From Piedraia hortae CBS 480.64 (lineage: Eukaryota), in assembly GCA_010093745.1 (NCBI GenBank), contig MU005957.1, positions 372,001 to 436,000 on the forward strand: DNA of 64,000 bases, in the 5' to 3' direction. The translations under genes and the position numbers were made by a program. The notes under the pieces were generated by a model. The model ran no database searches. It saw only the letters and a program-made list of their open reading frames with translations, and had not been told where the DNA came from. Within the stretch, counting starts at the first letter, position 1, and each line of letters starts with the position of its first letter. Below, in pieces: positions 32,300 to 42,071 of this stretch.

Positions 32300-33391
32300 A
32301 TGAGCAACCAACAGCAATCTCTCAACTGTCGTAGAGGCAATGCCTCGGGCAGACAATCAACACCAAACACCTCGGGCCGTCCCCAACGCAGCGCTGGTTC
32401 GCTGTCCCCGGAGTCCGATGCGACTCGCGCAACCGAAAAACGCAAGAGGTCTGGTTCTACTGATGCAACTAAGTCTCCTAAAAAGAAACTGAAAATGGAT
32501 TCTGAAAGTGCTGAAAACGTCTCACACGCTATGGCACGCAGCGAATTTATGGCTCGAATCAAACATGAATTGTGCGATGACCCAAAATTGCTGGAACAAT
32601 TCGGAGAAAGATGCGAAGCCCATCTGGCGGGCAAAGCCGATGTCAGTATGGTGCCAACTTCCGTGAGAGACATTGCTGCCACAACCGACAACCCGGTCGT
32701 AGACTGGTTCGAAGAATTCGCCGCTTTAGTGCGCCAAGAACCGGATTTGGAAATGAACAGAGACAATATCAGCTATTCTCCCTATGTCAAGAGGAAACGC
32801 GAAAAACAAAACCGCCGCCAACGTTTTCCCGCGTCAGTGCTCGAAAACTACTGGTATTGTTGGAAGTTCAAATTGGAGCGCGGAACGGGGGATATATTGA
32901 AAAACGCGTATGAGTCCTATTTGATCGACATTCAAGAATCACATTATTGGACAAAGCACTTAATCGCGTCATGCTTCACCACAAAGCACCTCCTAGAACA
33001 ATTCAAGGAACGCCTTGAGATGTTGGGTGATCGTGAGCAACGTAATTTCACCTTGCCGCGGTTTTTGGGCCAATCAAATGAAATGAAGTACATGTTCACC
33101 CTGAGGAAAATCTATGGCACCGAACGAGCCAAGGAGATTGCCAAGCGGCTCTTCGAAACCCCATATCTGGTTGTTATCCCCCTTTACAATCAATTGACGA
33201 AGGAATATGAAAAATTGGAGGCAGAACGGTTGAAGCTCCTACCTAGATGGATGCAGGAGTATGGAGAGTATGCTCCGAAGGCTTTGGATTACCAGCTTTT
33301 CAAGCCAGCTGTACGATATACTTTTGTTTCTGAGAAAAAGGTAGTGGGACAGGAGGAGGGACAAAAGGAGGACGAGGAGGAGGATGAATAA
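32300..33391 (+). CDS. Divergent truncated Sin3-like protein (basic NLS-like region, PAH3-like helices, HDAC-interaction domain, acidic tail)
   Basis: Colinear with the fungal Sin3 HID as recalled: SY..KRKREK, SVLENYW, KNAYESYL.IQE, NFTLPRFLGQSNE..Y...RKIYGTERAKE...LFETPYLVV, W...KALDYQ. 363-aa uninterrupted ORF. Confidence 0.8.
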   Translation: MSNQQQSLNCRRGNASGRQSTPNTSGRPQRSAGSLSPESDATRATEKRKRSGSTDATKSPKKKLKMDSESAENVSHAMARSEFMARIKHELCDDPKLLEQFGERCEAHLAGKADVSMVPTSVRDIAATTDNPVVDWFEEFAALVRQEPDLEMNRDNISYSPYVKRKREKQNRRQRFPASVLENYWYCWKFKLERGTGDILKNAYESYLIDIQESHYWTKHLIASCFTTKHLLEQFKERLEMLGDREQRNFTLPRFLGQSNEMKYMFTLRKIYGTERAKEIAKRLFETPYLVVIPLYNQLTKEYEKLEAERLKLLPRWMQEYGEYAPKALDYQLFKPAVRYTFVSEKKVVGQEEGQKEDEEEDE

Positions 33392-33775
33392 TAAACAAGA
33401 TGCCACGATGATTGAATGCAAGATTAGACGGAGAATGCAGCCATCTTCGCAAGGTTCTTGTCCGATGACTTAATGTAGAATCTAAGTAGTGTGGACCTTA
33501 CCAGGTGGGAATTACACCGTCAATTCTAGACTCTCAAATAGTTACCGACATGGGTTATTGGCAGCCAGTGGCACTGTTTCAAGATCGTGAGTGGTACCAA
33601 TGCCTACTCCCGCCTCAAATCTTGTGGCTACCTGCTGAGGTGCCTTGCCGAGGGGATTGTCCGTCATATCCGCTACTTGAAAACGGGTCTGGAACACGCG
33701 AGGGCTGGTCCGGAAAGTAGCTGCTATACCATCGAAACTTGTGCAAGCTTCTTCAGGGGGGGCCGGCTAAACGAT

Positions 33776-33868
33776 ATTCTGGGGTGACCCCACCAAAACC
33801 CCGCGATCCCGCGACACAACATAACACAACACCAACCAAGCTCGCTTGTCGTCGCGGGTTTGGCGTTC
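33776..33868 (+). repeat. Left arm of an inverted repeat pair (partner 38481-38602)
   Basis: 33787-33817 ACCCCACCAAAACCCCGCGATCCCGCGACAC is the exact reverse complement of 38561-38591; flanks also align with mismatches. Confidence 0.9.
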
Positions 33869-34676
33869 CATACGGCAGATTTGTTTCTGAATCTTGATTT
33901 GGCCATGTAGCATCGCTTGCTTCTTCACGTTGCAGTGCAGCGCAGAGCAGCGGAGCTTCTTATGATGCCTCGTGTAACCACCGAGCCTCTTGTATCATAC
34001 TCCTCTAATGGACATGCTAAGTCAAAGCTTTAGTCGTTACGATATCAATTTAGCGTTGGCGGTTTAGATAAAGCACGCTTTTGCGCAAGACTTTCAATGC
34101 GAATAGCGCCACGTACGAGTATCCGACATAGTTATAAGCCAGTGTTTTCGAGGACGAAAGCTCTGGTGATTCATATGGTGTCTCTTTCGATTGTTCGTAG
34201 ACCTATCTGCCGCCATTACGGCGCGATTCGTGCAGAACCCGCGCTCTCGCAGGCCTTACGCCCATTCATCGCCAAACCACAGATTTAGAGTACCACCCCA
34301 CGATCATTATAATCTTCAAGATGTCGTTTTTTAACCGCACGTTGTTTTGGGCATGCATAAAGTTGTGTCGTTCTGTTCTCTTCGGTTAAAGTAGGCGGGT
34401 CGGATCTATGACGGCATCATTGACGCGCAGGATTGTCGCAAAGTCTTTTGAGTGGTCGTTCTGTAACGTTCCTCGCGTCTCAAGTGTTGCGCAGAAGCAT
34501 TCACGCAGTGTGGATGTGCAGAAGACTTCCAAGGAGCTACGCTTGACGTACCGTCCTACTTCACGAAATATATCGAAGTGACAGACCAGAAAAGCGCTGG
34601 TGAACTGAGCTGAACCAATTGGATCGCCGTCACAAACATGCTCACGAAACATTTTATGGTAAAAATTCAGCGTGGA

Positions 34677-35514
34677 TCATAAGATCTCAAAAATTATATA
34701 GTACAGGAACTGTTCAAAATCATTGCCTAACGCCGCACCAAGCCATCCCTCTTCTTCCGTCGATTCGTCGAAAGGCGCCTGATAATCCACAAGAGCTTGC
34801 CATTGACGGCCACCATATGTTTTCGGCGTCTCCCCCAGAGGTGGTTCCCGCAGCTCCAACTCGTGCGTGGTGATGGCTTGTAGCAAGGAATCATAGGCCA
34901 GCTTATGGTCCCGGTTGTTTCCTAGAGTCGCTTGTCCATCAATATTTCCATGGATCCAGAAACTCACCGTAGTTCGCGGTGAAGTGCTCTAAGCCCCGGT
35001 TCTTCGGGGGGCGGGGGAGATACTCGTCCATATCAAACCCCTCGAGGTAATAAACGAAAGTTTGCAGAAGCCCCGGATCTACAATGCTCCCTTGCTCCAC
35101 CCCGCCGCTAAAATCTGGCCTCTGGTAGAGCACAAATGGGATCCCAGGGGCGGTGTGCGGCCGGTTTTTTTGCTTGCGAATTATGTGACAATTCTAATGG
35201 AAGGCAAAGTCGGTTGCCTCGGTGCGGATGATCGGCAGATAAACAGCCAGGAAGGCTATCCTGTGGGTATAGAGGTCCTGGTTGTACTGGTTGGTAGAGG
35301 TCAGCTCTTGTAAGTACAGTCGCCAGGTGAGAAGCGCTGACTTAGAGCATTGGGCCCACCAAGATTCGATTCACTGGTTGGCCTTACGTGTGCCATACCG
35401 GAAGCAGCTCTCACACGCTAGCTCTCCCATACTCTGTTGGCGGATTTGGCCACTGGGCCTGTGATGGCAATAGCCTACCAGTGTTGTCTCAGCGCCTCGA
35501 TCTGACCGAAGCCA
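34677..35514 (-). mobile_element. Decayed DDE integrase-core transposase (IS3EU-like), 3' half only
   Basis: One frame reads LRSDRGAET...CFRYGTRKANQ*IESWWAQ...WRLYLQEL...HRIAFLAVYLPIIRTE..FH*NCHIIRKQKNRPHTAPGIPFVLY...DMDEYLP, with stops at 35371-35373 and 35194-35196 and a frameshift near 34950. Confidence 0.8.
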
Positions 35515-35520
35515 GAGAGC

Positions 35521-36187
35521 CCAGGTTTGATTTTCTCCTCTCCTCCGACGAGGTGGCCAGGGCTGGCTCTCTCCTAGGCTGGCTGATCCGGACTTCGAGG
35601 GACACCCGCCTTATTCACCAGCTAGCGGTCATCCTGGAGCTCAACCGGCCTTTCTTCTTGAACGTCGGGAACGGCGACGTGCCGGAGGAGATAACGCCGC
35701 CCCTGGACACCTCCGGGTTGACTAGCATGTTCGCGTGCTGGCTGCCGAAAGGCGGCAAGTATCAAATTGAAATAGGCTTCCCTAGGGAGGTGGAGGATGA
35801 GAGATCGTCGCTGCTTGGGTCTCCTACCCCTTCTCCGAGCCCGCCCAGAGAGGTAAGCATATGAAGAATAACATTTCCGATCAGCTAACGTGAAGTTAGA
35901 CTCATGAGCGTCGTCGTGGCCCGCCCCTACCATCGGTGGAAAAGATGCTGGACCTCCATCCCTCGCCCAGTCCACGTGACGAGGTAGGCTTTGAAAAAAA
36001 GGCTATTGAGTCAGCGCCAACCAAAGTGTAGCTTCGCGCCGCGCCACCGCCGCCCACTGTGGAGAATATGGAAGAGGACATGGTGGAGGAAGAGCCAGTA
36101 GCCTCGCGCAGCCAAGGCAAGAGGCGAATCGCAGAGGCCGAGCCCGTGGAGAAGAGAATGAGCAAGCGTCTGAGGAGTAAGGCGTAA
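35521..36187 (+). pseudogene. 3' remnant of a spliced gene abutting the transposase fragment in divergent orientation (possible second ORF of the element)
   Basis: Open frame FDFLLSSDEV...SPSPPRE, clean intron 35853-35899 (GTAAGC...CTAAC...TAG), possible intron 35984-36031, then an acidic/basic tail EKRMSKRLRSKA*. No start codon of its own. Confidence 0.5.
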
Positions 36188-38480
36188 TTGTATTCATTGC
36201 TTTCGCTTGGTAGATAGTCGATAGTTGACGGGCTAATTCATGTGGAAGCTTGGGCAAGCTGTGTGTGCGCAGCTTGATGTCGTTTTCTCAATAGCCTCAG
36301 AGAGCATGAGCCTACCTCGGTGCGTCCACGGTTGTGCGAGACCCTCTAGATGCAAGTAGCATCACGCATAATTACCCTATATTGTATTCCGTGCCACTTG
36401 ATCTATGTTTTACATGGGATGCTTTTCGGACATCCACGGTTCTTTTGCGGCGGGTATGTCGCGCAATGTATGCCACTATCCATCAGGTACAGCTTGGGTG
36501 CAGAACGGGAGGGCAACCAGTGCGTCGAAAACTCGATAGCCATGATCCCTGGCGTATTGACCTTCCAGAACAGTCTGTTTGAAGCACGTGTGAGGGCTGT
36601 GCGATGTGTCATGTTACTTCAGAGTAGAGGAAATACTCTTGCTACGACTTCATCAGTTTCGAATTGACACAACATAGCTCATAGCTGAAACAGATGGCAT
36701 GTACGAGTGAGAACGGCAGACGGAGAGTAGAGATGTGTGCACAAGTGAATTCAAGTGTATCTACCAGAGAACATCAGAGAATATATTCTGGGCCGGTGGG
36801 CCAGTGCGTAGACTCATATGAAGAGTCATCAATCGTATGACCGCAAGCAAGTGGTCATACATGCAGAAAGACCGTCAGTATACGGACTTACTCCATAACT
36901 CACCTCAAACAGTAGCAGGGCGCATTCACCATGTCGCTTGCGATATGACACTGAAGGAAACCTTTGTCAGGATAAACCTAGTGTGCAGCTGTTGGTGTAA
37001 GAGGTGTTGCGCAGTGGCGTCGTACACTCATGGCAACGAGACTCCATGCCACCAATAGCCGTCACAACCAATTGAGAGTAGCTTCATGTGAGAGCTAATG
37101 TTGTCCAGATGCGAATTGTGATGATACAAAGAAGTAATAAGCCGCTTGCCGGGTGATTTAGTTCTGCTGGCCTTGCCTTAAATGGTTATCGGAACTTTCT
37201 CAAAAATGGACCATACAAGCGCGATCGCAAACGTGAAGAACATTGAAATATAATCTGTGAAGCGATGTCTTTCACGCAAACTGATCGGGAACCTCATAAG
37301 ACGTATACGTGGCGCGCTATTCTCTCGTTTGGAATCTATTCACTTCGAGCGATTTGCGCCGATTTGGGTGTTGAATCCGAAAGGTTGTTGGACCTGAAGA
37401 AAGAATATGCCACTGAAGTTGTATCTGGGTAGGGGTCCCTGCGGGATTCCCTAAGATTATGGCCAATTTCTGGTGAGCCTCAAGCACCATGTAAAGCAAG
37501 ACCAGTTGAAGGATGTGCCACGTGATGACCATGAACAACGTCCCCTCATGTACGTAGTTTATATAACTATACAATTATTCACGTCTTAGTGTACTCACAC
37601 TATCACTTCGTTCCCTTCAACTAGACCAAAAACGGACAAAAGCGTAGGGTCTTGGACACATTAATACCTTTTATTGTACATCCTTACATTTTTCCATGCT
37701 GCGACCTCTCATTTGAAACCACTCTTTAAGTTTTTGCGGCAATCCCGCGTTGTGTTTTGCTGAATCAAAGCTAATCAGGCTGTCGCACATCTGGCTCGCC
37801 ATATTTAACCGGACAAAGCGCAGCACTCAAACCTGGCGCCTAAACCAAAGTGCAATCGAAGAACAACACTTTGAAAATATAAAAACTGGGGCTTGATACG
37901 CTAAAGCTGTGATCAGGTGGCATATTGGCCTCATGTCTGCTAGAGCGCGGTTTAGCAGCACTCCCGACGAATGCGTGGCAAATGGAGTTTTGAAAAATTC
38001 GAACGAGTGCCATATAGGTCGTCAGAGTATTTGTCTTCAGATAAGCTAGTTTTTGGGTTATGTAAGATAAGATAATGTGGCCCCTTATTGGCGTGTAAAT
38101 CGTTGCGCCAACTCGTGTACGTGGTGGAGAAGATACCTACATTGAAAGTATATATGTGGGGCGACATATTACTGTTACGAAAGAAGCATAGACTCATATA
38201 TCCTCCATGCAGCGAAACAATGCAGCGATCAGAGGTACTATGTTCCAAACTCGTTAGACGTCGGCCACTGGCTTATTCTACTATTTACGCAGTTGGATAT
38301 TGGTGCACTTTTCATCGCGTGGTGGCATTAAAACTGTGTGGAAGACGCATCATCCTATCATTACCATTAAAGTGTAATTTTGCCAGAGCAGCGCGTGGAG
38401 ATTCATCCTCTTCATCGCGATGTGTAAGGAGGGCAATGCGACATGACGAAATGGTGAGCCTGATACTTGCATGGTCAATG

Positions 38481-38602
38481 AAGCGACAAACGCGCGAGGA
38501 CAGGCGAGTTTGGTTGGTGCGACGTTGTCTCGTGTTGTGTCGCGGAGTTGCGGTTGTGAGGTGTCGCGGGATCGCGGGGTTTTGGTGGGGTTATCCCAAA
38601 AT
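38481..38602 (-). repeat. Right arm of the inverted repeat pair (partner 33776-33868)
   Basis: Reverse complement matches the left arm; carries an extra internal segment with a second GTGTCGCGG. Confidence 0.9.
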
Positions 38603-39246
38603 GGCCATGATTGCAAAGGCGTTCTTATTTCAAGCTGAAGAGCTTCTGGAAATGGATGCCTATTCTTGGATAAGGCTGGTGGCAGTATGGAACTCGAACG
38701 GGTTCGAGATTATAGTACGCAGTGATTGATATATTTGCACTGGCATGCTGAAACATCCATTGAAAGCTTAATCTGCAGCCGTTTACTCATCAGGCAGCCT
38801 GTATTGGCCTAGCGGCAGGTTGAGTCCAACAATAGTTCTCTGACTAACCTTATGATCCTTTGATATAGCACAGCCTTGTTGCTCACAACTGCACGACACC
38901 TATATTCTTGATTTGTAGGCTAACCTACAATGTTGATTGGACCATTCAATGCTGGACATTGCAGGAGAAAATACTTATGCGGGCTTCATAATTGCCGGAC
39001 GATACGGCCAAGTTCTTGGCTGAGCGAACCATAGCCTATGATACGTGGAATGGCTCAGCGATTGAAAGATCGCGGTTGCTTGGAAGCCTACTAATACCGT
39101 CATGTCCGGGTGCATGCAACAGCTGAGATGCGGAAGTTCACTTCGGCTAAGTGCGTGCACCTCAAAACCTGAAAACGCGCTACTTCCACTTGTGACCGCA
39201 CACTCCACTTTTCCAATTTCACCGACACTGGCACACAACCGCAATC

Positions 39247-40513
39247 ATGGACATGAGGTCCATCATCACGCTGGTGCTCGCCGCCATCACGCTCGTTGCG
39301 GGCCAGAGTTGCTATAACCCCGACGGATCTCCTGCCCTCGACAGCTTTCCATGCTCCTCCGAAGGCGGCACATGTTGTCCACTTAACTGGGTGTGCCTGA
39401 GCAATGGCATGTGTTATTACCCGCCGGACGACTTTTATGGTATGTCGTTGTGTCCGACTTCTATATGACCGTAAGCTGATATTCAACTGTAGGTCGCTAC
39501 AGCTGCACCAGTGCTGACTGGAGCGGATGTCAGACCACATGCACTTCAAACCTGACGGATGTTGGCAATCAAGCTATTCTAAAGTGCTCAGACTCTAACG
39601 ATTCGTGGTGCTGTAAGTAAATTGCTTCCTACCAGACCTGTCTAACTAGTCAGGCGACCACAATCGTGATGCTAGCAAGCCTTGCTGCAATGACCACGGC
39701 GTGTCCTTCTTCTCACTCGCTCCCGGTCGTGCTGTGACCACAATCCACTCAGGGGCGACTGTATCAGTGCCAGCCTCTACGACCCCCAGCTCAGGAACGA
39801 ATGACCCTTCAACAGAAGGCTCTGCAATGAACGACCCGTCGACTACAAATCAGGCCACTAGTGCATCGCCAACAGCCGCATCAGGTGGGTCAACAACTCT
39901 TGCAACACCGGCTGATAGTTCGCCTGCACCGACGACGTTTCAGACGACCACCCAACGTCGGACTACCATCGATGGAAGCCCCACCACAGTGTCTGTACCT
40001 GTGACGATAATAGTCAACTCTGGAATGGGGAATATCAAGGGATCCACGTCTGTGTCTACGTCTGCATCCGCGTCTACGACCACTGGGACGTCTGGCGGAT
40101 CAAATTCCTCTACCTCTTCGTCGACCATTCTCGGCCTCGCAATCGGCATAACCTTCGCCTTGGTCGTTGTCGGTTTATTAATATACTGCCTCTGGCGCCG
40201 GCGCAAGGCCAAGGCTGGCCGCGGTAACTTCTTGCACTTTGGCAAACACAAAAAGGACAAACTCTTAGAAGAAAAATCAGACGGATATCAAGTGGGGCAT
40301 GTTGCCCCGGAGGGTCGAGCGCCAGAACTTGACAGCACTCCCGTGGCCAAGACGATCAATGCAAATAAGTGTGAGCTTGAAGGCAGTACGCTCAGCACTC
40401 CTGCCATGTCCGCTACCCTTGCAGCCACATTCCAGCAACCGCGCGTTCCTGAGACGCCTGACGATATGTGGACGGAGAGATTTCCACTCAACCATGAGCG
40501 CAAGGTTTCTTAA
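39247..40513 (+). CDS. Type I cell-surface protein (signal peptide, Cys-rich domain, Ser/Thr stalk, one TM, cytoplasmic tail; Mid2-like architecture); introns 39440-39492 and 39613-39653
   Basis: MRSIITLVLAAITLVAG signal, CYNPDG...CCPLNWVCLSNGMC, RYSCTSADW, SWCC; TM ILGLAIGITFALVVVGLLIYCLW followed by RRRK; tail with ELD/ELE motifs. Confidence 0.85.
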
Positions 40514-42071
40514 TGAGCCAATAACACAGGTAGATGCATTTTTCTGTCGTTTGTAATTCTGATACCCATGTATGATAGAGGAAATGTATCCGCTCCTTTG
40601 AAGACGAAGAATGAAGAAGATCAAGCACTACCGCTGACACGTACATAGCATGGCAGGAGGTATATATCTTTTTAAAAGCGGATAAACTACTCCGACTCAT
40701 GCAAGCCTACTGTTACAGAATGAATTTTCTTAGATTGATTATCGGACGTTTCTGGTTTTGCACTGGCCGTTCTGATGTTACCTTCTGGAAATGTATGCAT
40801 AATGACGCTGCGTAGCCTTGCCGTTGTTAAACCTGCTGCGATGGACAGCCTTGTCCCGTATTCGCCAAGAGAAGCTGGGGTGTGCAGCTGCGTAGAGGGG
40901 ATATGATAAGGTTGCTTTATTAACTACTGAGAAGTACTGAATGTGGGGAAAGTAATTTGGACGAGGGAGCAGTGAATGACTATTCTCGTTGAGAGGAGTC
41001 GATTTTCGGCCCTGGGGAATATTTCTACGCGTGAGGCATGACGGTGGCGGTGTTGCCCAGATTCCTTCGAAGAGAGCGGACCAAACAGAAGGAAAGTCGC
41101 CACAATCAAACCTGGATGGCGGGTTTTCCTCCATAGAGAACTGTCAACGGACGCGAATTAATTTCCACATTTTCTGGCCAGCACGAAGATATTGCCATAG
41201 AATTACGAACCTAGCTCTCACACAGCACGGATTTCCCCTTTGTTTACTTAAACAAATCCGCCATAGACTTACGAACCCTGCTCCCGAATTTTCACCCGAT
41301 GAATCTGCTTGAACCAATCTCCACACGAAATAAGCCAAAAGCAAATTACCCACAATACCACCACCCCACCAATCCATCAAAATGCTATATCATAGCCACG
41401 ATAAGCAACCACAAAAACGACATCAAACACCGATTGACAAAGCAACTCCACTAAGTTCTACATTTCATTCCAACAACAAACACCGAAAACTGGGTCGTTC
41501 CTGGCAAATACCGGGGTATCCCTTTTGTAGCGATATCCAAATGAACAACAGGTAGGAACATCGCCGCCTCGCTAATGATGGTGTGTGGATGGGAGAGACC
41601 TCGTATAGGGTCTAAAACTCGAGGAGGTGAATGGAAGGTCCTCGGTCGAAATCCCGTTAGGGGAGGGTAAGCTAGAGTGTGTAGCAGTTCTGGAACGATT
41701 TCAAGAGCTGAGGAATTTTAGATTTATTGGATTGGGAGAATCCTCGCTTGTTCTTGAAAACTTTTGCGCCGGTGTTAGAAGGTAAAATCTGATTAAACCC
41801 CTTTTCTCAAGTTAAAGGAACGAGAAGGGGAAGGTTTTACACCTGGTTCCTTTCCGTGATGAAGAAGGCTCGCCGGTAATTGCAGAACTCGATATGCTGG
41901 AGTGTGAAGAAACGTACTCGGATGGTTATATACAGTCATCAATAGCTTAGTCTGACAGCTACTCGGCTTGGAATGACACAGTTGGAAAGAGTTGTGGATG
42001 GCCATGAAAGAATTCGTTTCCTCATACACTATGGATAGAAAGGTATCTGCGACGCCTGCTCTAGGCTAGTA

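Noticed and set aside
36300..38480. Short ORFs inside the inverted-repeat island, including 38088-38729
   Set aside because: No recognisable motifs, non-ATG starts or frequent stops; treated as decayed sequence.
41194..41277. CRISPR-like repeat-spacer reading of the 66-bp periodic 18-mers
   Set aside because: Only two good copies, eukaryotic context and no cas genes.
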